Assembly (NCBI GenBank): GCA_963737155.1
Contig: CAVTRN010000001.1
Span: 224,001 to 288,000, forward strand
Direction of reading: 5' to 3'
Source: Nitrospirota bacterium
Lineage (GTDB): Bacteria; Nitrospirota; UBA9217
DNA length: 64,000 nt
The first letter of the stretch is position 1, and every line of letters begins with the position of its first letter. The position numbers and the translations under genes were made by a program. Under the pieces are notes generated by a model that was given only the letters and a program-made list of their open reading frames with translations, did not search any database and was not told the origin of the DNA. Shown here piece by piece: positions 38,595 through 49,879 of the stretch.

Positions 38595-41096
38595 TTGTAC
38601 GAAGATTTCCTCCCCCTCATTTCCAAGCCGGGCAGATACATCAACAATGAGATCAACGCCGTTCACAAGGATCTTTCCCGGATCAAAACCAAGGTTTGCC
38701 TCTTCTTTCCCGATGCCTACGAAGTCGGCATGTCGCATATCGGGCTGCGCGTACTCTACGACATTTTGAACAGCAGGCCTGACACGGCTTGCGAGCGGGT
38801 ATTTTCACCCTGGCTAGATTATGAGGCCCGACTTCGCGCTGCAGGCAGGCCACTCCGGAGCCTTGAGTCGAACCTTCCCCTCACCGCGTTCGACATCATT
38901 GGGATCACGCTCCAGTACGAGCTGTCCTATTCCAATATTCTGGCCGGCCTTGAGCTTGCCGGCATCCCCTTGCGCAGAGAAAATCGGCTTGAGGGACATC
39001 CAGTCGTCATGGCAGGCGGTCCATGCGCGGTAAATCCCGGTCCGCTATCGGACTTTATCGACGTTTTCTTCATTGGTGAGGCGGAAGAGGATCTGCACTC
39101 CATCATCGAACTTCACCAGCAGCATCGGAGTAAGGCGGAATATCTTGAGGCGCTTTCTCAGCGCCCCGGATTTTATGTTCCGTCGCTCGGTGAAAAGATC
39201 GTCCGTAGACGCTTCATTAAGGACCTCGAATCAGCATCCTATCCCGACAAGCCTCTCGTTCCGCTCATGAAGCCTATTCATGACCGCGTCACCGTTGAGG
39301 TCGCGCGCGGATGCATTCGCGGGTGCCGCTTCTGCCAAGCGGGCATTATTTACCGCCCTTACCGGGAGCGAAGTAGCCAGAGGGTCAAGGATCTCCTGAG
39401 CGAGTCGCTTCGCTGTACCGGGTACGACGAACTATCACTCGCTTCCCTCAGTGCCGGCGACTACTCCGGAATCCAGACGCTGATGAGAGACCTTGTCGAT
39501 ACCTACCGGGACGACCGCATTTCCCTGTCGCTCCCGTCGTTGCGCATCGGCACGCTCACTCCCGAAATGATCCGAGCCGTGGCCGGAGTGCGCAAAGCGG
39601 GATTCACGCTCGCGCCCGAGGCAGGGACAGAGCGGCTAAGGCGCGTGATCAACAAGCCCGTTACCGATGGAGACCTCATGAGCGCGGCGCGGACGATCTT
39701 CGCGACCGGATGGAGCGTTCTGAAACTCTATTTCATGATCGGCCTCCCGACAGAAACAGAGAAGGACCTCGACGGCATTATCAGGCTGGCGCAGGAGCTT
39801 CTGGCACTCGGAAAAATCACTTCCAAACGCCATATCCAGATCAACATCACGGTCTCAACATTCGTTCCAAAACCCCACACCCCATTCCAGTGGTTTGGCC
39901 AGGCGACGCGTGATGAGATCAAAGCGAAGCATGCCTATCTCGCAAAAAGCCTTAGGAAGAAAGGCATTTCGCTGAAGCCCCACAACCCGGAGACCAGCCT
40001 GATCGAGGGCGCTTTTGCCCGCGGCGACAGCAGTCTCGGCAGGGTCATCGAGGAAGCAGTGCGCCTCGGCTGCCGGTTCGACGGCTGGTCCGAGTGTTTT
40101 AATTTTACGAAATGGGAACAGGCGTTCCAAGCATGCGGACTGGACCCGGTTGCATATGCATGCCGGACGTTTGGCCAGGATGAGCCGTTGCCCTGGGATT
40201 TCATTCATACCGGCGTGACGAAAAATTTTCTTCAGCAGGAATACCGGCGTGCAGTATCGGAAACTGTTACGGAGAACTGCCGCGTCCAATGCGAGGCTTG
40301 CGGAATCGGGTGTCGGGAGGGTGGTACACAGCAGTTCGGCATGCCAACGAGTTCAGCAGAGAAAATTCAACAGGCGGACTGCACCCTTGATGCCCGCCGC
40401 ATCCGTGTGGCGGAGGTCAAGCCGGCTCCCCGCATACGGTTGAAATTTTCAAAAACAGGCCGTCTCCGTTTTTTATCCCACCTCGACCTCATAACCCTCT
40501 TCCAGCGGGCTGCAGCGCGGGCCGGCGTGCCGATCTCCTTTACTCAGGGTTTTAACCCTCATCCGAGGATCGCATTCGGTCCCGCAATTGCCGTAGGAAT
40601 GGAAAGCACCTCGGAATATCTCGATATGGAAACCTCGGTATTCATCGATCTGCTGTCGACCACACAAGCGCTGAACAGCGCCCTGCCGGATGGATTTCGG
40701 ATCCTGGAGTCGCGGATTATCCCTCCGAAGGCGCCCTCGCTCTCGGACAGCATCAGCCGTTATCGTTATGAAATCGATGTCCCGAGAACCAGCGCGGATA
40801 GGCTTCAAGAGCGGCTGATCTCGTTCCTGTCGCGAACATCGGTGATTGTTTCGAGAAACGAAAAACAGAAAGACATCCGGCCGTGCATTGAATCGGCAAC
40901 CATAAAATCATTGGATAATCCTCGTGAAATTGAAGTCACACTTATCGACCACGATCAGCTCAAGCCCCGCGTGCAGGATGTCATCGCCCAGCTCTTTTCT
41001 TTGGAAGCTGAGCAAGCATCGTTGATCAGGATCACGCGGACCGGCATGTTTTCCCGTGATGGGGACAGGTGGCGGGATCCTATGGATGCTCGTTAA
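38595..41096 (+). CDS. TIGR03960-type radical SAM protein fused to a TIGR03936/DUF2344-type domain
   Basis: FPDAYEVGMSH, CIRGCRFC, APEAGTERLR; C-terminal RFLSHLD...QGFNPHP. Confidence 0.92.
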   Translation: MYEDFLPLISKPGRYINNEINAVHKDLSRIKTKVCLFFPDAYEVGMSHIGLRVLYDILNSRPDTACERVFSPWLDYEARLRAAGRPLRSLESNLPLTAFDIIGITLQYELSYSNILAGLELAGIPLRRENRLEGHPVVMAGGPCAVNPGPLSDFIDVFFIGEAEEDLHSIIELHQQHRSKAEYLEALSQRPGFYVPSLGEKIVRRRFIKDLESASYPDKPLVPLMKPIHDRVTVEVARGCIRGCRFCQAGIIYRPYRERSSQRVKDLLSESLRCTGYDELSLASLSAGDYSGIQTLMRDLVDTYRDDRISLSLPSLRIGTLTPEMIRAVAGVRKAGFTLAPEAGTERLRRVINKPVTDGDLMSAARTIFATGWSVLKLYFMIGLPTETEKDLDGIIRLAQELLALGKITSKRHIQINITVSTFVPKPHTPFQWFGQATRDEIKAKHAYLAKSLRKKGISLKPHNPETSLIEGAFARGDSSLGRVIEEAVRLGCRFDGWSECFNFTKWEQAFQACGLDPVAYACRTFGQDEPLPWDFIHTGVTKNFLQQEYRRAVSETVTENCRVQCEACGIGCREGGTQQFGMPTSSAEKIQQADCTLDARRIRVAEVKPAPRIRLKFSKTGRLRFLSHLDLITLFQRAAARAGVPISFTQGFNPHPRIAFGPAIAVGMESTSEYLDMETSVFIDLLSTTQALNSALPDGFRILESRIIPPKAPSLSDSISRYRYEIDVPRTSADRLQERLISFLSRTSVIVSRNEKQKDIRPCIESATIKSLDNPREIEVTLIDHDQLKPRVQDVIAQLFSLEAEQASLIRITRTGMFSRDGDRWRDPMDAR

Positions 41097-41443
41097 ATGC
41101 CGGCGTATAGGAAAATACTGCCCCGCGTGGAATTTATTTCCTTACTTTCAGCATGAAAGGGACTCTTAGCTGCAATGGACAAGGTTTGGGTGGACAAAGC
41201 TTGAACGGAGATAATTGTAAATGAATGGCCGCCTGCGGATTACTCTCTCTTCTTAACAAAGATATACATCAATTTTTCATCATCTGCCAGGTGTGAATTT
41301 AAATTGCTCTGCAGTTGCAATAACGTGCGATAATATATTGCATTAAAAAGATTAATTCGATTTTCGACTGCAGAATTTGGGTTATTAATTATTGTTTTTC
41401 AGCTTATAGCGTCTTTGTCCATGGTTCCAACTACTGCCAATAA

Positions 41444-42541
41444 TCAGGCCATTTGGGCAAGCGTGCATTTCCGCGCAAAATTTCCAGCAACAAATTTCCG
41501 GTCTGCGAAACAGGGCAGCAGGCTCGGAACTACGGTGTTTTTCCCGTTTGCTTTGGCTTGATACAGCCGTTCATCGGCCTCTTGCAGAAGGCTTTCGCTG
41601 TCCTGCTTATCGTCCAGGCTCCCAACGCCCAAACTCGCCGATACGGTTAAATTCGTATCACCAACCTTGACTAGATGCTCCGAGATCGCCTGGCGGAGCT
41701 TATGCGCGAGTTGTACGGCATGGTATAGCGGCGTATCGGGAAGAACCAGTAGAAATTCCTCGCCGCCATATCGCACAAAATAATCCGACTTCCGAACCAT
41801 AGCCCGTATCACAGTCGCCATCTCTTTGAGCACCGCATCGCCAGCCAAATGGCCGTGCACATCATTGATTCCCTTGAAATTATCCATGTCAAACATGATC
41901 ACCGAAAGATCGTTTTTGTATCTTCGGGCATATGCTACAGCGTTATCGAGGAACGTGCCGAGCGCACGACGATTGTAGCAGCTAGTCAGAGGATCGATCG
42001 CTGCCGCGCTTTCGAGTTGCTTAATACTGAGGTTCTTTTCCAGAGCTATGCTGATGGAGTTGATGATTGTGCCGATTATTGCATCATGGTGATAGAGCAT
42101 CCTTCTTTTCGGCGAAATATACAACCGTGCAGAATAAATTCCCTCGATAACTTTGTAAGATATAATGTTATTTGTGTCTATAATGTCATTAATATGACGT
42201 TCTTCTGGTGTTTTGTTCTCAAAATACCTCATGGTATAGTCAATTTTTTGACTGTTGAAATCTCTCTGCACAAATGCGGAAAATTCTTCACTATATACAC
42301 GGGGATCGATCCACAGATCCATCGAACTTCCTTTCAGAAGTGCAAATCCGAAAAGCTCATAATCCAGGATATCCTTCAAACAATGCGAAACTTCATAAAG
42401 AATCGCATCTACTTCCTTATGCGTATTTATCTTGAGAATATACTGGCTCAAGGTCTGATAATCGAATCCGCGAACGATGCGGTACCAGAATTCAACGGCC
42501 ATTTTAGCATTATTTAAGAGTTTCTTTATGGAATGATTCAT
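41444..42541 (-). CDS. Diguanylate cyclase
   Basis: DPLTSCYNRR, DMDNFKGIND, I-site RKSD, GGEEF. SD spacing favours a start at 42541 over 42550. Confidence 0.93.
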   Translation of the reverse strand: MNHSIKKLLNNAKMAVEFWYRIVRGFDYQTLSQYILKINTHKEVDAILYEVSHCLKDILDYELFGFALLKGSSMDLWIDPRVYSEEFSAFVQRDFNSQKIDYTMRYFENKTPEERHINDIIDTNNIISYKVIEGIYSARLYISPKRRMLYHHDAIIGTIINSISIALEKNLSIKQLESAAAIDPLTSCYNRRALGTFLDNAVAYARRYKNDLSVIMFDMDNFKGINDVHGHLAGDAVLKEMATVIRAMVRKSDYFVRYGGEEFLLVLPDTPLYHAVQLAHKLRQAISEHLVKVGDTNLTVSASLGVGSLDDKQDSESLLQEADERLYQAKANGKNTVVPSLLPCFADRKFVAGNFARKCTLAQMA

Positions 42542-42569
42542 AGTTCTCATCCTCCTGCAGACTTAATAA

Positions 42570-42586
42570 AGCAATTCTTATGCCAG
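42570..42586 (-). promoter_or_regulatory. Sigma54 (-24/-12) promoter of the diguanylate cyclase
   Basis: Minus strand CTGGCATAAGAATTGCT, with exact GG-N10-GC spacing, about 30 nt upstream of the start. Confidence 0.75.
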
Positions 42587-42909
42587 AAATTTCTTTACAA
42601 AGTTTTATATGCCATAAAAGAATTGAATCGGCCCTATCCGGTTCTTCCTAAAAAGAAAAAAGTTCTTTTTGTCCTTGTATAAATGGGGCGACTTATTATA
42701 AAATAGCCGCAGAACCTTGGACGGACCGTATATGTTGAGAACCACAACTGGAAATAAAGCGAATTATGGAATAACATTGATGGTATATCCGGTTTTTTTG
42801 TAGTCTTCGTATCATTCTTGACATTGGAGAGAGAGACACTCCAAAAAATTTTGTCTTTTTTGACCGCGTGGTCATTCTAAACGTATCTTCATAACTTCAA
42901 GGAGACAGC

Positions 42910-44415
42910 ATGACATCTGAGATCATCGTTAACGCCGGTCGCGAAGAAACCCGTGTAGCTCTTCTTGAGAACGCGCTTGTCACTGAAATTTACATAGACC
43001 GGAAGAAGGACCGCGGCATTGCAGGAAACGTATATAAAGGACGGGTCATGAAGGTCCTGCCTGGCATGCAGGCAGCCTTCGTCGATATCGGTCTCGAAAA
43101 ATCGGCCTTTCTCTATGTTGGCGATGTTTTCGACAGCACCTCTGAATACACACCCATGATGGATGACGAGGGACTGGAACTCGAAGTCGAAACAAAGCGC
43201 AAACGTTCACACTCCAACCAAATCGAGGACTTGCTCCAGGAAGGGCAGGAAATTCTCGTCCAGGTCTCGAAAGAGCCGATCAGCACCAAAGGCGCCCGAG
43301 TCACGACCTATATCAGCATCCCCGGCCGATACCTCGTCATGATGCCGGGTGTGAACCACATAGGTGTTTCCCGCCGCATCGAGAACGGCGAAGAGCGGAA
43401 ACGTCTCCGTGAGATCGTGAGCCGTCTCCGGAAGCCGAATACCGGCTACATCATACGGACTGCCAGCCAGGGGAGGAGCGAGGAAGAATTTATCGCGGAC
43501 ATCGAGTTTCTCGGCAGGCTCTGGGAGAACATACACAAAAAAAGGGAGCGAACCTCGGCGCCGGCACTGATGCACAACGAGCTCGATCTCGTTTTCCGCG
43601 TCATCCGCGACGTTTTCACCAGCGATGTGGACAAAATGATCATTGATTCTCCCGATGAATACCAGCGGGTCAGGGAGTTTGTCGACTCATATATCCCCCA
43701 GCTCGGCCGGCGCGTAAAACCCTTCGACGGCGACGATCCGATCTTCGACCATTATGGAGTGGAAATAGAAATATCGAGGGCACTCGGCAGGAAAGTATGG
43801 CTCAAGTCGGGCGGCTACATCATCGTGGACCAGACCGAAGCGCTTACGGCGATCGACGTGAATACGGGCAGGTACGTAGGCAAACGGACGCTCGAGGACA
43901 CGATTTTGAAGACTAACCTCGAGGCCTTGCGCGAGATCGCCTATCAACTCCGCTTGAGAAACATCGGGGGCATCATCATCCTGGACTTCATTGACATGGA
44001 GCGGGAAGATAACCGCCGCAAGGTCTACTCGGCTCTCCAGGAGGCGCTCTCGAGCGACAAGGCGAAGACAACGATCTCTCATATCTCCCCTATTGGCCTC
44101 ATTGAAATGACGCGCAAGCGAATCCGGGAGAGCCTCGGCCGAACCCTGTGCGAACCCTGTCCGTACTGCGACGGCCGCGGATATGTCAAGTCTAGCCGCA
44201 CCGTTTGTTACGAGGTGCTGCGAGAACTGCGGAGAGCATTCACGAACGCGGAGGAAAAAAAAGCGCTGGTCACCGTCAATTCGGTGGTCGCCGACATGCT
44301 GTATGATGAGGAGCGGCAGGGCGTTGAGGAATTGGAAAAGGTATTTCTGAAAAAGATCGTGATCAAGGCGGATCCCAATCTGCATCAGGAGCAGTATGAG
44401 GTGGTGATCGTGTAG
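42910..44415 (+). CDS. rng: Ribonuclease G (Rne/Rng family)
   Basis: GNVYKGRV, AAFVDIG, AIDVNTG, GGIIILDFIDM, CPYCDGRG. Confidence 0.95.
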   Translation: MTSEIIVNAGREETRVALLENALVTEIYIDRKKDRGIAGNVYKGRVMKVLPGMQAAFVDIGLEKSAFLYVGDVFDSTSEYTPMMDDEGLELEVETKRKRSHSNQIEDLLQEGQEILVQVSKEPISTKGARVTTYISIPGRYLVMMPGVNHIGVSRRIENGEERKRLREIVSRLRKPNTGYIIRTASQGRSEEEFIADIEFLGRLWENIHKKRERTSAPALMHNELDLVFRVIRDVFTSDVDKMIIDSPDEYQRVREFVDSYIPQLGRRVKPFDGDDPIFDHYGVEIEISRALGRKVWLKSGGYIIVDQTEALTAIDVNTGRYVGKRTLEDTILKTNLEALREIAYQLRLRNIGGIIILDFIDMEREDNRRKVYSALQEALSSDKAKTTISHISPIGLIEMTRKRIRESLGRTLCEPCPYCDGRGYVKSSRTVCYEVLRELRRAFTNAEEKKALVTVNSVVADMLYDEERQGVEELEKVFLKKIVIKADPNLHQEQYEVVIV

Positions 44416-44479
44416 GACGGTATTAATATCCTATACACGAAACAGCGCGCCGTTCGAGCAAGACCACGGACAGCGAACT

Positions 44480-45319
44480 CTACAGTACACAATTGTCAAT
44501 CAGTCTCGTCCGCCCAAGCCGGACGGCAACAAGAATGACAGCACTCTCTTTCATGCTCGCGAGCGGCTCAAGGCTTTCCTGACCGGCTAATTCAACATAG
44601 TCAATCACGATCCCCCGCTCTTCCCGCAGCACAGCGAGAACCTTGTTCTTGACCTTCTCGGGCTCCCTCACTCCAGCCCTGACTAGCCGCTCTGCTGATG
44701 AGAGGGCGCGATGGATTACCGCTGCCGCACGCCGTTCCTCTGGGTTCAGGTAGCTGTTGCGCGAGCTCATGGCGAGACCGTCCTCCTCGCGCACTGTGGG
44801 GAATACGACAATATCCACATCCATGTTCAACCCCGCCACCATGCGTTTGATCACGACGCACTGCTGATAATCCTTCTGCCCGAAAAAAGCCTTATGCGGT
44901 TTTACAATGTTGAAAAGCTTGGCTACAACCGTGGCAACACCGCGAAAGTGACCAGGCCGGATCGCTCCTTCCAGAAGATCAGATATCCCTTCTACCGTCA
45001 CGAACACCGTGGGCTTTGACGGGTACATCTCAGCGGAAGCAGGCATGAACAGGACATCAACGCCCGCTGACTCGCATTTCCGGCGGTCGCCATCCTCGTC
45101 GCGTGGATAGCGGTCAAAATCTTCGGCCGGCCCGAACTGGGCGGGGTTAACAAAGATACTGACCGTGACAACCTCGCACTCCTGCCGTGCTCGCCGTATG
45201 AGCGAAAGGTGGCCCTCATGCAGGAAACCCATAGTGGGGACACACCCGATGGTTCTGCCCTCGTTCCTGATCGAATCGGCCAGAGACTGCATTTCAGAGA
45301 TTCGGGTTATGATGCGCAT
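44480..45319 (-). CDS. panC: Pantothenate synthetase
   Basis: VPTMGFLHEGH, RPGHFRGV, FGQKDYQQ, GLAMSSRN, RLIDN. Confidence 0.97.
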   Translation of the reverse strand: MRIITRISEMQSLADSIRNEGRTIGCVPTMGFLHEGHLSLIRRARQECEVVTVSIFVNPAQFGPAEDFDRYPRDEDGDRRKCESAGVDVLFMPASAEMYPSKPTVFVTVEGISDLLEGAIRPGHFRGVATVVAKLFNIVKPHKAFFGQKDYQQCVVIKRMVAGLNMDVDIVVFPTVREEDGLAMSSRNSYLNPEERRAAAVIHRALSSAERLVRAGVREPEKVKNKVLAVLREERGIVIDYVELAGQESLEPLASMKESAVILVAVRLGRTRLIDNCVL

Positions 45320-45403
45320 AGGCAAAAAAGGGAGCTTCTCGCTTGGCCACGCTCACGATAATGGTTCGATGACACGTAAACAAGGAGATACGGCCGTACG
45401 CTC

Positions 45404-45829
45404 CTACTTACCGAGCAGAGTCGTGAAAGTATCGTGATGGCCTTCTTCCTCCGCGAGAATTTCCTCAAAAAGAAGCCTCGTCGTAGTATCCCCCTCCGAC
45501 GCCGCTTGCTTGATGATTCTCTTGTATAGGTCGATTGCTTCCTCCTCGGCCTTTGCGTCGGTAGCGAGCATCTCCGTCAGTGTCCCACCTACCGTGAGGT
45601 GGGTCGGCTTGGTCGTGGGGACGATGTCGAAGTAGAAAAGCCGCTCGGCGATCTTTTCCGCGTGCTTCATCTCCGTAATCGCGACATCCTCAAATACATC
45701 GGCAATCTCGGCTGATTCAAGCCCTTTTGCCATGACATGCTGCCACATATACTGCACGCTTACCTGAATCTCTCGCGCGATCGCCTGGTTCAACAGGTCC
45801 GTCAGTGTACTGCTCGCTTTCTGTACCAT
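45404..45829 (-). CDS. Ferritin-like / bacterioferritin-like di-iron protein
   Basis: EIQVSVQY, EMKH, EEEAI and EEGH ferroxidase ligands. Confidence 0.9.
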   Translation of the reverse strand: MVQKASSTLTDLLNQAIAREIQVSVQYMWQHVMAKGLESAEIADVFEDVAITEMKHAEKIAERLFYFDIVPTTKPTHLTVGGTLTEMLATDAKAEEEAIDLYKRIIKQAASEGDTTTRLLFEEILAEEEGHHDTFTTLLGK

Positions 45830-45954
45830 AGGTTCTCCCTTCGTGATGGAAAATGCACTTCCCCAATTATACGATGAAAATAGTATCAGAAATGCCCGAA
45901 AATGGAAAGCGTTGTCTGCATGCCCAGTTAGGAGCAGAAAAGGTCTCGTTTCAT

Positions 45955-46297
45955 GACGCGGGGCCGGTAGATTCCCCTGGTCGTGATAAATTCCCCTTCG
46001 GCCCCTCCGGGTCTTCGGCCTTGCTGATAATAAACTGTTGAATGTGATGACAACTGTTCAAGTCGACTTCCGCGAACTCAACTGCCAGACGCCTGGAACC
46101 GGAATGGTTATTTTCCCCTCTCCTTCAATGGCCACGCGGCTTTAGGAGAGCTGATGCTGCCTGCCGCAGGTGACGTCTCCTCGGTTGAGATGCGAAATCC
46201 GCTCATGCTGATATAATTCCAGAATCGAACTCGATTAACGAGTTTCTACGAGGACATTAACATGTGTTGCAAACAGGATACGCATACCCCCTATCGG
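45955..46297 (-). pseudogene. PilZ-domain pseudogene with multiple frameshifts
   Basis: Pieces in shifting frames: MRILFATHVNVLV, ISMSGFRIST (xSxxG motif), RVAIEGEGKI, RLAVEFAEVDLNSCHHIQQFIISKAEDPE. Confidence 0.65.
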
Positions 46298-46522
46298 TTT
46301 TATTAAGTATAACAGTTGGACTCAGCCAGGGTCAATGGCTCCTCAATTTTTTCCGGCATCCTCCGGGCTCGCAGAACATGGCGAGAAAGGCCTCCTGGGC
46401 AGGATAAACAGGTGCAAGCCTCTGGTTTCGTTTGACATATTGCCGGCTTTCTGGTAAAACTGTACATCTAAGTATATAATAAGAAAATTCAATCTCATTT
46501 GGCGCAAGGAGGCTCCTGTTTT

Positions 46523-47116
46523 ATGAAAAGAATCATTATTGGTCTTATGATCATAGCGATCGGGGTGTCCGGCGCTCTGCAATCGTTCGCCCAGCAATCA
46601 CCAAAAAAATTCACCAAAGGGGAGATTAAAAAAATGTCGGAAACGAGCGCCATAATTGAAACCAAGTTCGGTAACATAACCCTGAAGTTCTTCCCCGATG
46701 TTGCACCGGGGCATGTGCAAAATTTCATCAACCTGGCAAAAAAGGGATTTTACGACGGGACCACGTTCCACCGCGTGATTCCCGGATTCATGATCCAGGG
46801 CGGCGATCCCAATTCGAAGAATCCGGACAAAAGTACCCACGGCATGGGCGGTCCGGGGTACACTATCAAGGCCGAATTTAACAACAAGCCGCATAAACGC
46901 GGAATCCTTTCGATGGCGCGCGCGGCGAATCCCGACAGCGCCGGATCGCAGTTTTTCATCTGCGTGAAGGACTCGCCCTTCCTTGATGGGCAATATACCG
47001 TTTTCGGCGAAGTCGTGAGTGGAATGGATGTCGTGGACAAGATCGTGTCCCAGCCCCGGGACCAGAACGACAATCCCAACGACCGCATTGAGATGAAGGT
47101 CAAAATTTCGGAATAA
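46523..47116 (+). CDS. Cyclophilin-type peptidyl-prolyl isomerase with signal peptide
   Basis: FYDGTTFHRVIPGFMIQGGDP, LSMARA, AGSQFFI, YTVFG; SD AAGGAGG. Confidence 0.96.
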   Translation: MKRIIIGLMIIAIGVSGALQSFAQQSPKKFTKGEIKKMSETSAIIETKFGNITLKFFPDVAPGHVQNFINLAKKGFYDGTTFHRVIPGFMIQGGDPNSKNPDKSTHGMGGPGYTIKAEFNNKPHKRGILSMARAANPDSAGSQFFICVKDSPFLDGQYTVFGEVVSGMDVVDKIVSQPRDQNDNPNDRIEMKVKISE

Positions 47117-47198
47117 ACGGGTCCAAAGGCATGAGACCAGTGTCAAGCAGCTTATATTCCTTTGTCCTCTGCCCGGCCCCCCTACTCTGGAGCTTTAA

Positions 47199-48404
47199 TT
47201 GGCGCAGACAATCAAGAAAATCGTCGTTGCCTATTCCGGCGGGCTAGATACGTCGGTCATCATCACGTGGCTAAAGGAAACCTATGGCTGCGATGTCATC
47301 GCCTTTACCGCCGACATCGGCCAGGGCGAAGAGCTTGAACCACTCCGTGAAAAAGCAATAAAGACCGGTGCAAGCAAGATCTATATCGATGATCTTCGCG
47401 AGGAATTCGTCAGGGACTTTGTATTCCCCATGCTCCGGGCGAATGCAGTGTACGAAGGACGCTATCTCTTGGGGACGTCGATCGCCCGGCCGCTCATTGC
47501 GAAGCGGCAGATCGAGATCGCGATGAAGGAAGGCGCTGATTCGGTTTGCCACGGAGCGACGGGAAAAGGCAATGACCAGGTGCGTTTTGAACTCACCTAT
47601 TTTGCGCTCAATCCGGACGTGAAGATCATCGCCCCCTGGCGCGAATGGACCATGAAGGGACGCGAGGAACTCATCGCCTATGCCGGAAAACGCGGGATCC
47701 CGGTGACGGCAACCAAATCCAAGCCCTATTCCACAGACCGGAACCTGCTTCATATCAGCTATGAAGGCGGCATTCTCGAAGATCCCTGGAGGGAATCGAC
47801 GGACGATATGTACACCATGGCAGTCCCCGTCGAGAAGGCGCCTGATAAAGCTGAGTACGTCGAGATCGCCTATGAGACGGGCAATCCCGTTGCCATCAAC
47901 GGGAAAGGCTTCGGTCCTGCGGATCTCCTGGCTGAAGCAAACCAGATTGCTGGCGCTCATGGCATAGGGCGAGTCGATCTTGTCGAAAACAGGTATGTCG
48001 GCATGAAATCCCGCGGCGTGTACGAAACTCCCGGTGGCGCGCTTTTGCACGCAGCTCATCGCGCCGTCGAGTCAATCACGATGGATCGCGAGGCAATGCA
48101 TTTGAGAGACAGCCTGATCTCACGCTACGCAGAACTCGTGTATTACGGGTACTGGTTCGCGCCCGAGCGATTGATGCTCCAGGCTGCGATCGATGAGTCT
48201 CAGAAAAACGTAACCGGCACGGCGCGGGTAAAACTGTACAAGGGGAACTGCGATACCGTCGGCCGGAAATCTCCGATATCGCTCTATAATCCCGAGCTTG
48301 CCACCTTCGAGGCCGACCGGGTTTATAATCAGAAGGACGCCGAGGGCTTCATCCGTTTAAATGCGCTGCGCCTCCGCATCGAGAGCAAGGTGGCGGCGAA
48401 ATAG
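47199..48404 (+). CDS. argG: Argininosuccinate synthase
   Basis: [32 protein letters not shown]. Confidence 0.98.
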   Translation: MAQTIKKIVVAYSGGLDTSVIITWLKETYGCDVIAFTADIGQGEELEPLREKAIKTGASKIYIDDLREEFVRDFVFPMLRANAVYEGRYLLGTSIARPLIAKRQIEIAMKEGADSVCHGATGKGNDQVRFELTYFALNPDVKIIAPWREWTMKGREELIAYAGKRGIPVTATKSKPYSTDRNLLHISYEGGILEDPWRESTDDMYTMAVPVEKAPDKAEYVEIAYETGNPVAINGKGFGPADLLAEANQIAGAHGIGRVDLVENRYVGMKSRGVYETPGGALLHAAHRAVESITMDREAMHLRDSLISRYAELVYYGYWFAPERLMLQAAIDESQKNVTGTARVKLYKGNCDTVGRKSPISLYNPELATFEADRVYNQKDAEGFIRLNALRLRIESKVAAK

Positions 48405-48457
48405 TTTAACAGCAGAAAGGTTAGCAGTTACCACGGAACGGGGAGCGATTACTCAGA

Positions 48458-49879
48458 ATGGCGAAGAAAACCACGGTAATGAAAAAAGGCAAAAAGGCCG
48501 CAGCGAAAGCAAAGCCATGGGGCGGACGATTCACCGAGGCAACCAACAAACTCGTGGAAAAGTTTACCTCTTCTATCGCCTACGACTGGCGCCTCTATCC
48601 CTATGACATCGCCGGCAGCATGGCACATGCGACGATGCTGGCCAAAACAGGCATCATCACGAAGAAAGAAGCTTCCCAGATCGTCAGGGGCCTGGAAGAG
48701 ATCCTGAGAGAAATCGCCAAAGGGACCTTCTCCTTCAGCGTCGAGCTCGAGGACATCCATATGAACATCGAGAGTCGGCTGATTGAAAAAATTGGCCCCG
48801 TGGGGGGCAAGCTGCACACCGCGCGAAGCCGGAATGACCAGGTGGCCCTTGATATACGCATGTACCTGCGCGATGAGATATCCACGATCCATGATCTTCT
48901 GAAGTCGCTCCAGAAGGTTTTCGTAGACATGGCGGAACGGAACCATGATGTAGTTCTTCCCGGCTATACCCATGTGCAGCGTGCGCAGCCTGTGCTCTTC
49001 GGGCATCACTTGCTGGCTTATTACGAGATGTTCGAACGGGATCGTGGAAGACTCACGGATTGTTTCCGCCGAACGAACATGCTCCCCTTGGGCGCGGGGG
49101 CGCTTGCTGGCACCGTGCTGCCCATCGATCGCCCCTATGTTGCAAAGCAGCTCGGCTTCAGTGGCCTCTGCGAGAACAGCATGGATGCGGTGTCTGATCG
49201 TGATTTCGCGATTGAATTCGTTGCGGCCTGCGCCCAGATCATGATGCACCTCTCGCGCCTGTCCGAGGAGCTCGTTATCTGGTCGTCTTCGGAGTTTGGC
49301 TTCATCACCATCTCCGACGCGTTCACGACCGGCTCGTCAATCATGCCGCAAAAGAAAAATCCCGATGTTGCAGAACTTGTGCGCGGAAAAACCGGAAGGG
49401 TCTACGGAAGTCTCACTGCGCTCCTGACGCTCATGAAGGGACTGCCGCTGGCGTATAACCGCGACATGCAGGAGGACAAGGAGCCGCTCTTTGATACTTC
49501 TGATACCGTCTCCCTTTCCCTCTCGGTGTTTACCGAGATGCTGAAGGACATCACGGTGCACAAGGAAACGATGCACCGGGCCGCAGAGGACGGGTTCATC
49601 ACTGCCACGGACCTGGCCGACTACTTAGTGAAAAAAGGCATGCCTTTCCGCCAGGCCCACGAAACCGTCGGCCGAGCGGTTCTGCACGCTACCAAGTTGG
49701 GATGCGGGCTTGCCAACATGCCATTGGCGGAATATAAAAAGCTCTCACCGCAGATCGGCGAAGACGTGTACACCGCCATATCCGTCGAGGCTTCCGTCGG
49801 GAGAAGGACATCGCTCGGAGGCACCGCACCCCGTAATCTGCATAAACGGGTGGCGGCGCTCAAAAAGAAACTGAAATGA
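48458..49879 (+). CDS. argH: Argininosuccinate lyase
   Basis: [27 protein letters not shown]. Confidence 0.98.
   Translation: MAKKTTVMKKGKKAAAKAKPWGGRFTEATNKLVEKFTSSIAYDWRLYPYDIAGSMAHATMLAKTGIITKKEASQIVRGLEEILREIAKGTFSFSVELEDIHMNIESRLIEKIGPVGGKLHTARSRNDQVALDIRMYLRDEISTIHDLLKSLQKVFVDMAERNHDVVLPGYTHVQRAQPVLFGHHLLAYYEMFERDRGRLTDCFRRTNMLPLGAGALAGTVLPIDRPYVAKQLGFSGLCENSMDAVSDRDFAIEFVAACAQIMMHLSRLSEELVIWSSSEFGFITISDAFTTGSSIMPQKKNPDVAELVRGKTGRVYGSLTALLTLMKGLPLAYNRDMQEDKEPLFDTSDTVSLSLSVFTEMLKDITVHKETMHRAAEDGFITATDLADYLVKKGMPFRQAHETVGRAVLHATKLGCGLANMPLAEYKKLSPQIGEDVYTAISVEASVGRRTSLGGTAPRNLHKRVAALKKKLK

Noticed and set aside
41315-41330. Sigma54-like site on the minus strand (TCGCACGTTATTGCA)
   Set aside because: The invariant GG is CG and no gene follows.
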